This document shows, in pieces, positions 1 to 12,881 of a stretch of DNA of 64,000 bases. The position numbers and the translations under genes are program-made. The notes under the pieces were generated by a model. It was not told the origin of the DNA. It saw only the letters and a program-made list of their open reading frames with translations, and did not search any database. This DNA is from Camelus dromedarius. Taxonomy: Eukaryota. The DNA lies in contig NC_087437.1 in assembly GCF_036321535.1 (NCBI RefSeq), positions 2,294,001 to 2,358,000 on the forward strand, read 5' to 3'. Numbering within the stretch: position 1 is the stretch's first letter; each line of letters begins with the position of its first letter.

Positions 1-849
1 TAGCCTGCTCGTTTCAGCAGGCGTTGTAAGGAAAGTGGAAGAGGTGAGAGGCAGCTCCGGAAGCGGCAGAGCATCTAAGGGGGATGCCTCGGCGAATCGG
101 TCATTTTCCTCCCATTTCCCCCTCTCCTGGCCTCAGGGCAGCCTCTGCTACCCCAGGAGTGCGGGATTTCGTTGTCCTTCTCAGCCAGGTCCTAGGAAGC
201 TGTCGAGGTGTGCTCAGGGGACAGGGATGTCGCTTCTAGAGGACTGCCTCGGGTGAGCCGATCAGTTTGCTCCCATCTCCACAAGCGCCTGGCCTGGGGG
301 CGGCCTCTCCTTCCCCAGGTTTGCAGTATGCATGTTTCCAGCTCAGCCTGTGCCCTTAGGCAGGCGCGGTGTTCTTAGGGGCTGCATTGAGGAGGCGGGG
401 CTGCTCCACCGAGCCCGTGTATTTGCACAGATCTCCCCGTTGACCGGTCCTAGGGTTGGTCTCTGCTACCCTAGGTACACGATGTACACATCTCGTTGTT
501 TTCCGGCCCCCGGGAGGCAAGTGCGGGGTGGTCAGGGGGCGGGGGGGGGTGGCGTTGGCGCCTACACAGAGGGAGGAAGAGGGATGCACGGGCTGTCCAG
601 GGAAGCCATTGGATTTCCATCCAGTGTCCCCCTAGGCGTGCAATGAGGGCACCCTCTGCTGCTTCAGGCTGGGAATTGGCATCCCTCCAGCTGGGCCTAA
701 TAAAGGGAGGCTTCCTCCATTAGAGAGAGAGACAAAAAATAGACAGACAGACACACTAGCCTCTTCCTCCATTTAGAAACACCCATATGTCTTAACCTTC
801 TCCTCCTAATCCATTATATAGGTAGACCGATACATACATAGACAGACAG

Positions 850-882
<33 letters not shown>

Positions 883-3800
883 AACCCAAACCCACACACA
901 AACTTCCCTCCTACCAGTCCTCAATTAAGTAGTTAGAGAGACACACTAATCGCCTTCTCCATTAGATAATAAATAGACAAACGGTATAGACTATTTCTAC
1001 TCCTCCTTTAGATAGATGGAAAGTGAGACTGACGGATTCACACACTAGCCTATACCTTCTCCTGTTAGAGAGACAGACAGATAGCCAGACACATGAAATC
1101 CTCCATCTTCTCCATTAGATATACGTAGAGAAATCTCTAAGATACACAGAGAGACAAACACTAGTCTTCTCCTCCTCTGACAGAACGAGGGATAATCAAG
1201 CCTCCTCATTCTTTTCCATTAGGTATAGGTACATACATACATATCTGATAACAGACAGCCAGACAGACATACTAGCCTACACTTCCTCCATCAGATACAT
1301 ACATAGACTGATAGAGAGGTACAGAAGCCTCCTCCCACTTTAGATACAGATACATAGATAGACATCCCCACGAGCACACGCGCGCGCACACACACACACA
1401 CAAGCCTTCTCCTCTTCCTCAAAGAGCTAGATAGTTATATAGACACACTAAAATTCTACTCCAACAGACAGAATTATAAATGACACATTATCTTACTGCT
1501 ATGCCTCCCCACATAGATAGATAGCTAGCCAGATCGATAGAGAGGCAGGCAAATAGAGAGTCATACTAGTCGCCTCCTCCTCCGTTGGAGAGACAGACAG
1601 ACACACACATAGTCTAGCTTCAACCATCCTCCAATAGATAGTCAGTCAGGCAAGCAGTCAAACAGACAGACACACTAGAGGCGGGGTGCCGTCTGGCTAC
1701 GTGTTTCGGAGGCGGGGCCCGGGGAAGAGGGTGCCCCTGGTGAACCATAGGATTTTCTCCCATGTCCCTAGCTGCCTTGCCTCTGGGCGGCCTCCGATAA
1801 CCCAAGTTCGCCGGACGCAAGCCTTTGAATTCAGCCTGCTCCTGGGAGCCGGCGAGGTAAGGACAGGGGAAGTGGTCAGCGGCAGACACGGAGGCGGCCC
1901 AGAACGCAAGAGGGATGCCTCGGCGAGTCGGTCATTTTCCTACCATCCCCCCTCTCCTGGCCTCGGGGCGGCCTCTGCTACCGCAGGTGTGCGGCAATTA
2001 ATTCTCCTTGTCAGCCAGGTCCTGGGAGTCTGTCCAGGTGAGCCCAAGGGACACGGACGTCGCGGGGAGCGGACTGCCTCGGGTTAGCCGATCAGTTTGC
2101 TCCCATCCCCACAAGCGCCTGGCCTGGGGGCGGCCTGTCCTGCGCCAGGTTCAGAGTATGCACGTTTCCAGCTCAGCCAGCCCACCCGAGGCCGGCGCGC
2201 TGTGATCAGGGTCTGCATTGAGAAGTCGGGGCTGACTCACCGAGCCCGTGTATTTGTTCAGATCTCCCTCTTGGCTGGTCCTGGGCTAGGCCTCTACTAC
2301 CCTAGGTCCACGAGGTGCTCATCTCTGTGTTTTTCAGCTCCGGGGAAGCCAGTGCGGGGTGGTCAGGGGGCGGGGAGGGGGCGGGGCGGGGGCGGGGCGG
2401 GGGCAGCTACAGAGAGGGCTGAAGCGGGATGCACGGGCTGCCCAGGCAAGCCTGCGGAATTCCATCCAGTGTCCCCCTCGGCCTGCAATGCGGGCGCCCT
2501 CTGCTGCTTCAGGGTGGCAATTGGCATCCCTCCAGGTGGGTGGAGTACTGGGAGGCTTCCTCCTTTAGACAGAGAGAGAGACAAATAAAGAGACAGACAG
2601 ACACACTAGCCTCTTCATCCATTGAGAAACAGCCGTATATCCTAACCTCCTCCTCCTCATTCATTATATAGGTAGACAGATACATATATAGACACACACA
2701 CACACACACATACACACACTAGCCTCTTCCTACTCCTCAATTAAGTAGGGAGAGAGACACACTAATCTCCTCCTCCATTAGATAATAGATAGACAAACTT
2801 AATACATTTTTCTCCTCCTCCATTAGATAGATGGAAAGTGAGATTGACCGATACACCCAGTAGCCGCTACCTTCTCCTGTTAGAGATACAGAGAGATAGC
2901 CAGACACATGGGATTATTTCTTCTTCTCCATTAGATATAGACAGAGACACACTCACAGACACACAGACAGACAGACACACTACTCTTCTCCTGCTCTGAC
3001 AGACAGAGAGATAGACACTCTAGCCTCCTCCTTCTTCTCGAATATATACAGCTGCATAGATTGATATCTCATATATAGACAGACAGACTTACTAGCTTAC
3101 TACTCGTCCATTCGATGCACACATAGACTGTTAGACAGACACAGTAGCCTCTTTCCCTCTTTGTTACACATACTTTGATAAAGAGACCCGCACGCACACA
3201 CACACACACACACACACATACACACAGGCTAGCATCCTCCTCTTCCTCATATAGGTAGATAGGGAGATAGAAACACTAACTTTCTCGTCCAACAGACACA
3301 CAAATCAAAAGACACACTTGCCTACTGCTGTGCCTGCACTACATAGGTCGATTTTTACATAGATTGATAGACAGACAGATAGATAGAGAGATAGATAGTT
3401 CGAGAGGCAGGCAAATGGAGAGACATAATATTCGCCTCCTCCTCCAGTAGATATATAGGCAGACCCATACATAGTCTAGCCTCTCGCATCCTCCAATAGA
3501 TAGGCAATCAGCAAGGCAGTCAGACAGACTGACACTCGAGAGGCGGGGTGCAGTCTGGGGACGGGCTTCAGCGGCGGCGACCGGGGACATCTGTGCCACT
3601 GGCGAGACATAGGATTTTATCCCATGTCCCTAGCTGCCTTGCCTGGGGGCGACCTCCGCTCCCCCAAATTCGACAGACTGAAGCTTTGAAGTTAGCCTGC
3701 TCGGGGCAGCAGGCGTGTTAAGGAAATTGGAAGAGGTCAGCGGCAGCTACGGAAGCGGCAGAGCTTCTAAGGTGGATGCCTCGGCGAATCGATCAATTTC

Positions 3801-5203
3801 CTCCCATCTCCCCCTCTCCTGGCCTCGGGGCGGCCTCTGCTACCCCAGGTGTGCGGGATTGAGTTGTCCTTGTCAGCCAGGTCCTAGGAATCTGTCGAGG
3901 TGTGTTCAGGGGACAGGGATGTCGCTTAGAGAGTACTGCCTCGGGTGAGCCGATCAGTTTGCTCCCATCTCCATAAGCGCCTGGCCTGCTGGCGGCCTCT
4001 CCTTCCCCAGGTTCCCAATATGCATGTTTCCAGCTCAGCCTGTGTCCCGGAGGCAGGCGCGGTGTTCTTAGGGGCTGCATTGAGGAAGCGGGGCTCCTCC
4101 ACCGAGCCCGTGTATTTGCTCAGATCTCCCCGTTGACTGGTCCTAGGGTTGGTCTCTGCTACCCTAGGTACAGGAAGTACACATCTTGGTGTTTTCTGGC
4201 TCCCGGGAGGCAAGTGAGGGGTGGTCAGGGGGCGGGTCGGGGGCGGGGCATGGGCGGTGGCGCCTACAGAGAGGGAGGGAGAGGGATGCACGGGCTGTCC
4301 AGGGAAGCCTGTGGTTTTCCATCCAGTGTCCCCCTTGGCCTGCAATGAGGGCGCCGTGTGTTGCTTCAGGGTTGGAATTGGCATCCCTCCAGCTGGGTCT
4401 AATAATGGGAGGCTTCCTCCATTAGAGAGAGAGACAAATAAATAGACAGACAGACACACTAGCCTCTTCCTACATTTAGAAACACCCATATATCTTAACC
4501 TTCTCCTCCTCATCCATTATATAGGTAGACAGATACATACATAGGCAGACACACACACACACTCACACACTCACACAAACACACACACACAGTTGCCTCC
4601 TACCAATCCTCAATTAAGTAGGTAGGGAGATACACTAATCGCCTTCTCCAGTAGATAATAAATAGACAAACTGAATAGACTCTTTCTACTCCTCCTTTCT
4701 ATAAATGGAATTTGAGACTGACGGATTCACACTCTAGCCTCTACCTTCTCCTGTTAGAGAGACAGACATATAGCCAGACACATGGAAATCCTCCTTCTTC
4801 TCCATTAGATATACATAGAGAGATCTCTAAGACACACAGAGAGACAAACACTAGTCTTCTCCTCCTCTGACAGACAGAGGATATATAATCTAGCCTCCTC
4901 ATTCTTTTCCATTATATATACGTACATACATAGATATCTGATGATAGACAGACAGACAGACATACTAGCCTACTCCTCCTCCATCAGATACATACATAGA
5001 CTGATAGACAGATACAGTAGCCTCCTCCCCCTTTAGATACAGATACATAGATTGACATATCCCCACTCATGCGCACACACACACACACACACTCTAGCCT
5101 TCTCCTCTTCCTCAAAGAGCTAGATATTTATATAGACACACTAAACTTCTACTCCAACAGAGAGACAAATAAATGACACACAAGCTTACTGCTATGCCTC
5201 CCC

Positions 5204-5293
<90 letters not shown>

Positions 5294-5685
5294 GAGTGAG
5301 GCAAATAGAGAGACATAATAGCCGCCTCATCCTCCAGTAGATATATTGACATACACACACATAGTCTAGCCCCTCCCATCCTCCAATTGATTGGCATTCA
5401 GCCAGGCAGTGAGACAGACAGGCACACTAGATGCGGGGTACGGTCTGGTGTCGTGGTTTGGCTTGGGGATCGTGTAATAGTGTGCCTGTAGCCATCCAGT
5501 GGATTTCCTCCGTGTCCCTAACTGCCTTGCCTGGGGGCGTCCTCCGCTCCTACAAGTTCGCAGGTCTGAAGCCTTTAAATCTGCCTGTTCCTGGGAGCGG
5601 GGCGTGGTGAGGTCAGGGGATGAGGTTGGCGGCAGAGAGGAAGGCCGCACAGCACCTTAGGGGTTGCCTCTGCGAGTTGGTCATT
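1..5685. repeat. Tandem macrosatellite, ~1.83-1.89 kb unit (GC/CpG-rich block plus degenerate GATA/GACA/CA/CCT block); about 3 units visible, continuing off the left edge
   Basis: Marker GATCAGTTTGCTCCCATC recurs at 260, 2090 and 3952. The GC block start (GCGGGGT..GTCTGG) recurs at ~1681, ~3543 and ~5433. The last unit is cut at ...GAGTTGGTCATT (5685). Confidence 0.95.
5204..5290 (+). repeat. (GATA)n microsatellite inside the third macrosatellite unit
   Basis: Near-perfect GATA run read directly; the matching positions in other units (~1513, ~3360) are short and degenerate. Confidence 0.95.
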
Positions 5686-7118
5686 AAACTTATTTTATTA
5701 AAAACAAAAATGACAGCCATTATTGTAACATAACCAAGTAGCTGACATTTCATGTTTTCTTTCAAAAAGGCAGAATTAAAATGGTATAGTGATGCTATCA
5801 ATATTTTGTCTGCCACTTAAGCAAAAACTCAAAATAAATCATAAGAGTGAAGAGGAAGAAGAGGTGAGGTATGTTCAGATGCCTCCTTTATAATTCAAGC
5901 ATCTTCACAATGTCCTTCCTGGGCTTCTAACCCATTGAATGGAAATGTGCCCAGTTTATACTAAGTTGTAACTAACAATGAAGACCAAATATTCAGTGAA
6001 TTAGATGAGAAAAGTGTTCAAATGCAAATGTCATTAGTATGGAGTGTCTCAGACAATCTATAATGATAGTAAAGAATAAAAATGAATAGGATAAGCTCAT
6101 TTTATTGCAATTAAATGAAGGTGTTTCATATATGAAATCTAATCTGAGTCTCTGGACCATTTTTCTTTAAACATCAGTGTTTGTTTCTATCATTTTGGCA
6201 GCCACAATGCCCTCTCCTAATTTATTAAATAGGTGTTTGTTAATAAAAACTTAACCTCATGGTTACCAGGTAAACCAGCCCGCATTTCTGAACATGAGTC
6301 GCTAATATATGCTTATTTTTAAAATTATATAATTAAATGATCTATCTTAAAATTTATAGCATCTTTTTTTTTTTTTTATACTTGGCAGCAATTTGTTTCT
6401 TCTTGGTGGCTTTTCATTTCAGTATCATCAAATAAAACAATGATGTCTGGAGATCACTGGCATCTTAGATTTGATTAAAAATAATATTAAAGAATATATA
6501 ACTAGAAGATAGCTTACCAATGTATCAATTGGCCCTAAAAGTCACTATTTTCGTAACTCTTCTGTCCCATTTTTTTTTTCTGAGCCCTGGGACCTTGGGT
6601 ATGTTACTCTTTGAGACCATCTGCAGTGTGAGGATTCTGCCACCTTCCTGACAGGACTGATATGACTATTGCAGACAATGGAGGAAAAGCACAAGCAATA
6701 TGGTAGATGTTCAAGACATGGTGGCTGTTATTTCTTGAGGAAGACATTTCAAAAATGGTTCTATAATCATTAACAACATAGTACCTCACTTCTAATTTCT
6801 AAGCTGTATTAGAAACGATTAAAGTTAAACAAAGAAGTCTCTGGAGTTTAATGCATCAATAAAGCAAACAAATGTCACTCATAAGTTGCAAAAAAAAAAA
6901 AAAAGAGAGAGAGAGAGACTATTCTTATTTGTTTTTAGACTATGTACTACCTGGAACGCCATTCCTAAAATTTAAAATACCACCACCAGATCAAGTAATA
7001 TATATAGATCTGTATGCCCTCCAACAGAAATAACTGATTTTTATTCAATCACTTTAAGATAAAATCAACATATTATCATATAAAAATAACCATTAACTCA
7101 AATTTTTGGTCTGGGTCA

Positions 7119-7298
<180 letters not shown>

Positions 7299-8559
7299 CT
7301 AAAAGCGAAAAAAGATAAATAATATCTATTTCATTAACAACAATTTACAATTCACCTTAATTATGCATTTATCTAATTCCAATTTTTCTGACCTTCCTAA
7401 ATATGAGATTCTATTCATTTCCATTTAACAGCATCCATTTACTACTTTATTGTCACTTTAAGTCAATCTTTTCAATTGGATTTCTTTTGCATCCTTATAG
7501 TATTTCTAAACATCCACAAAGTAGGTAAGTTTCTTAACAAAATTAGAATAACTATTTTCCTCTTTCAAAAATAAATTATGAATGTTGACAAGTGCTTTGG
7601 TTTTCCACCTTTCTTACTAAATAACATTATAAAACAATACGTCTGACTATTCTTTTAATGCGAGAAAAACCTGGTTTAAGTTCTAAGTATACATGTGAGA
7701 TATTTAAAAGGTTGTAAGTCATTTGAAAAATGTAGGTAACTTTCTAAATTTAAATTAGATTTTCATAGGCATATAAGAGAATTACTTCAGACTAAAAAAA
7801 TTTTTTTAAATAAGCAGGATATAAGTTAAAATATCATAATTAGAGGATTTTGAGTTTTAAAATGAGAATTAATGCTAAGGAAACTGAAGTGTTCATGAAC
7901 AAGTGACTGCACACCTCTCATTTTAAATTTTACTCATTTAAACAAGTTTCACACTGTTGACAAAGAAATTTACATTAAAAACTAGGAAACAAATACAAAG
8001 ATAAAAGACCACTGTATCTATACAAATTAGAAATAACCACTATACCTGATTAAATATTCTTACTTTTGTAACATTATATATAGTCTGAATAGATAATAGC
8101 TTTAGACACATTTTCTAGCATATTCAGAATGTCTGGAGATGCATGTAGAACTCCAAGTGATTCCAATGTTTTGATTGAGCATCACTGGATTAGAGGAAGA
8201 GAATGGATGCATGGTCCAAGATCCACATCAGTCAAGGTTATTGTCAATGGCAGATCATAAATGGTTTAGCTGAAATCAAATTTGAAATATAAAAAAAAGC
8301 AGTATCTCTGGTTTCACCCAATTCTAAAATAAACTACTGCCTACTGCCTTTTAAATCAGAGGTGACCCACGTAAGCATCTGACCATGACCAAGTGGTTTT
8401 GATATTCTTCTCTTTCACTGACCATACTGACTACATCAAGAGTGGCAGTTTAGTGCCCAGATCCTAATGGTCTCCAGGACAAAGGCCACTAACAGGGCCC
8501 CAACTATTTACTGACTTTGCAAATAGTTAACTGGCTCAGTGGTAAAACAATGATTGTTG

Positions 8560-8735
8560 ACCTTGAATTATACATTCAACAGGCAGTTTTCAAGAATGCC
8601 GATGTCCAGAATTCAGTCAGAGATTCTTAGTTCATTAGTCTGGAGCTTAGGCATCAGTCCTTCCCCCCCAAGCCCCCATCCCCAAAGGTCCCTGGAAATT
8701 TTCAATGTGCAATCAGGACTGATAACCACTGGCCT
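8560..8735. mobile_element. MER5-like hAT DNA transposon relic
   Basis: Degenerate motifs (..cagagattcttagttcattagtctggag..; ..aatgtgcaatcaggactgataaccactg) resemble recalled MER5A. Confidence 0.5.
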
Positions 8736-10707
8736 AAGAAATGAAGGAGCTGCTTATTTGACAAGGACCTGGCAGAGAATTTAGAGAAAGCCTGACAAAG
8801 TCAATAAGGAAGAATTTATTTGGCGAGTGAGAGGCCCTGACCCTGAACACACTTCAGCCTAGGAGAAAGGTGTCCATCAGTCTCATCTGGGAAAATGAAT
8901 CCTGATGTCAAACAGGCCTGTATTTTCACAAGTATATGATGTAACGTTCTCTTAGAAATCAGAGTATGAGAAAAGGCAAAGGGGAGGGGGAGGATCACTG
9001 TGAGCTTGAAGAGTAAGTGTCAGGGAAAACTAAGTTTAAAAAGCAAGCCGCATGGCCATGACTTGCACAGTGGGCATCACAGAAGTCAGACGACGCCCTG
9101 CTGGAGGCAACTGCCAGAGTGTCGGTGTGATTTTGAGGGTGGAGACAGAAATCACTCCACCCAGCGCATTCACAGCCTTACCTACATAAGTGGTAGGCCT
9201 CAGAAACACCGTTCCTTAAGAGGCTTTGACAGAGAAGTAGAAGTTGCTTCTGACAAGAAGTAATATTTTGATACAGAAGGGCTCCCATAACACTGAGAAA
9301 CCCCTGCCTCAGAAGAAAGAGGTTAGAATCAAGGGAAAAGGCCCTGAATTATGTATAATTACAAAAATTCCTTGACATCATGGAAAGGAGCAGGCATACT
9401 GTACACATGACATCAGGGCCTGGCAGAGACACCCCAGAACTGCAGAGCTCTGCTAACAACCTTGTTTGTATCTCCTTCAGGTTTCACCGCTTAGATGTGT
9501 CCTGGTCTCAGCCTGTGGCTGCTAGTGTCTTACAGTATTCTTTCTGTCCTAAACACAATCAGATTCATACAGGAGAACCTTTCCTCACAGGGTGATAGAG
9601 GCATATTTTGTTTCTCACAAGGCAGGAACAGATAAGTAAGAACATGTAGGTTCCACAGTTTAAGAAAAAAACAAAAACAACCCCCAAAATTGTCAAAAAG
9701 TCAAAAGTATTTGGATTGCAAATTAATAACTGCTTCACTGCAGAAAAGTTGCAAGGCAATGGAGAATGGGATGAACAGGAAACCATATCTCAAATAAAAC
9801 AGCTCTGCGGCAACCCAATGAGATGGGGGATTTAGGAGTGGGAACAGCTTGGGAAGCCACAGCCCAAGAAAAGCTTCATGAAGTGCAAGGAGGAAGGACT
9901 GACAGCTAAGTCTGGGCTCAGCTGACGCAAGACACTGATGTAAGACACTGATGCAGTTAGGGTTTTGTCCTCTGTATTGGGCAGGATGGGCAAGTGAGGA
10001 GAGGAGATTCATGGGTAGAGAGAAGAGGCCAGGAAGGAAGTGAAAAAACCAGGTCCCCTGGAGTTCCTTCCTCACTTTCCTAAGCAGCTGTGCTGCCCAA
10101 GTGAGTGGTTCTGCCCATCAGAACTCCACCAGTCACAGCCTTAGCCATGCTGGTGCTGTGGGGCCTGAGAAGGACATCCTGGAGACTGTCTGCCCACTCA
10201 GAGGCCTGGCAGAGTTAGAAGAGGAGCCAAGAGACAAAGTCAAGGCACAGCCCCTGGCATCCAAGCCTCTGAAAAAGTGAGAGGGCACCTGCTGTGCTGG
10301 CTGAAGATGGTAAGTGTTTTTCTCTTTGAAGAGGAATATCAGACAGGAACGCAATTATCTCTAACATACATAATGAAGAACCACCCACAGACACCAAAGC
10401 CCGTGTGAAGAGGCAATACTACCTATCAGTGATTAAAATCAACCACTTAGTAAAGTAGCTGCCTGGTTAAGTTCAATAAGTTCAAAAAAACCAAAAAACA
10501 AAAAAACCCACAAAAAAATGCTAATGGAGTTTCTAGAGCTGATGCAGTATTAGTACCTTCACAGAACAACGACAATCCAAATACTTAACCTGTCCGTTGC
10601 TGAGATCTATTTACAAACATTAAAAGTGTACTATTGAGAAAAAGATGTAACAACATGATTCACTAATACGTTCTAACTATAAAATTCAGCATTTTCCATT
10701 AAATTAC

Positions 10708-10893
<186 letters not shown>

Positions 10894-12689
10894 TTAACAC
10901 ACACACACACACAAATGAAATAAAGAATTTTCTATAGTTGCTATTTGAATTACAGAATAACACTAATATATAACCAGAGAAAATTTCTGCAGTAAAATTC
11001 CCTTTAGAATTATACAGTTTATACATTTTGTAAATAGATGTTAAGTGACTGGAGCAATGCCTCCCATTCAAGAAGAGTAACAGGACCTGATCTACATTTA
11101 TTTTTTTAAACCAAGATATAATTTATATACAGTGAAATGGCATAGATCTCAAGAGTGTATCATATGAGGTATTTTGGAAAATTGCTCATGTTGATGCAAT
11201 CAACAAATGCCAAACAATATAAATGACATTTTTGTCCTCCTTATATTCAAGTTCCTTCATGCCCCCTTCTAGTCCATCCCAATTTTATATTTGATCCTAA
11301 GGCAAAAGAGTTTAAAAATGAAAGTTTAAATGTATATGAACTGATGTTTTACTAATATAAAAGGGGCCTCTGAGACATGCCCAGTTTTTAAGCCTATAAC
11401 AACACATTAATGAAAAACAGATATGCTCCCTACCTAAGCCGCACCCACTAAAGGCCATGAACCTTGTGGTTGATCACAAAATGAGTTATTTTCCTTATAT
11501 CTGTTTTTCTTATAGTTTCTAAGACTAGTTAAAAATAATAGTTGGACTAGGCAATAGTCCAAGTGATTGGTAACTAACTGAGGAAGTTATAAATTACACT
11601 GCAAGGAGCAACATCACAAAAATTCTAGTTTACAAGGTGGCAAAACAGTTGAAAACAAGCTTCAACAGAGTTACTGTTAACAGTTTAACTATTTATCAGA
11701 TATTAACAAACTGACATTAATAAAGTGTTAACTATTTTATCAGATATTTTCAGATAACCAAAAGCTGGCTTGGCACATCTTTTATAACACATTAATTATG
11801 TACAAAATCCAATTTAGAAATGTTCCTCATTGAGTTCATTCCAATTTTATCTTGCCACAATGCCACAGTAACATAAATACTGGGATTAAATGGCATCTAA
11901 CTATTATAAAATTTATACACACATAAGAACGTCTTTTTAGATAAGTGGCTCTAACACTGGTAGAAGATAAGCCTTCAGTGTGAAAGGATGTAGTGCCCCC
12001 AGGAAAAGGAAAGAAAGCACAAGCACTCTTCTCCAGAAAAGCTCATTTAATAATTAATTACAGAGCTAGAGTTGCAGTTAGAAGCAAGTAACAATCATGC
12101 CAGAGGTCTAAGACAACACCAGAAAAATAATTTTTGGATGCAAAGAGTCAAGTTGGAAGATGAGTTATTCAAAGTGTATTTTTTTTATCATACTTACTTC
12201 CACCAAAAAGGCTTTTGGATATCTTACAATGAAAAGATACAGATAAAAGAACACATATCAATTTAAAAAGAAAATTATATAGATAAACTAGGCCAGATGC
12301 CTGTTACCTGGGTACTGAATACATCTCAGAGCTTCCTGACATCCACGGCAATAGGGAAACAGATAAACAAAAATTCAAGCAAAATTCTGACATATTCAGT
12401 CTTTTCCAGTGTCATTATTCCCTCCCTTCCCCTTTCTTGTTTTGAAGAGGAGTTATTATAGAAGTGATAACTCAGCCTATATTAAACATTTTGAAAAAGA
12501 AGAAAAGTTATCCATAATTATCTTAATTTTCTGTAGTCCCTGTTAATATGCCTTTTTTCTTTTATGTAATTGTACTATCCATAAATCATTAACTTACCAG
12601 TCTTCATAATAGTCATCAATATGACAAATCATTGGGAGTAAAAAAATTTAGTATGTTTAAATACATCACAAAATAACTTCTTTCCCCTA

Positions 12690-12881
<192 letters not shown>

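Noticed and set aside
35..4513. Numerous GC-rich ORFs (up to 195 aa) in the macrosatellite
   Set aside because: Frames and stops differ between units, many use non-ATG starts, and no domain such as a DUX homeobox is recognisable.
5112..5397. YLSI-repeat ORFs
   Set aside because: They are translations of the (GATA)n tract.
1..5685. 5S rDNA, U2 snRNA or tRNA tandem gene array, or 45S rRNA
   Set aside because: The unit size and composition are suggestive, but I found no 5S, snRNA, tRNA or rRNA gene sequence and no Sal-box terminator on either strand.
1..5685. CRISPR-like repeat-spacer array
   Set aside because: The DNA is eukaryotic, the repeats are degenerate, the intervening sequences are homologous rather than unique, and there are no cas genes.
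11684..11750. Short direct repeat TTAACTATTT(T)ATCAGATATT x2
   Set aside because: A local slippage-type duplication in an AT-rich intron with no further structure.
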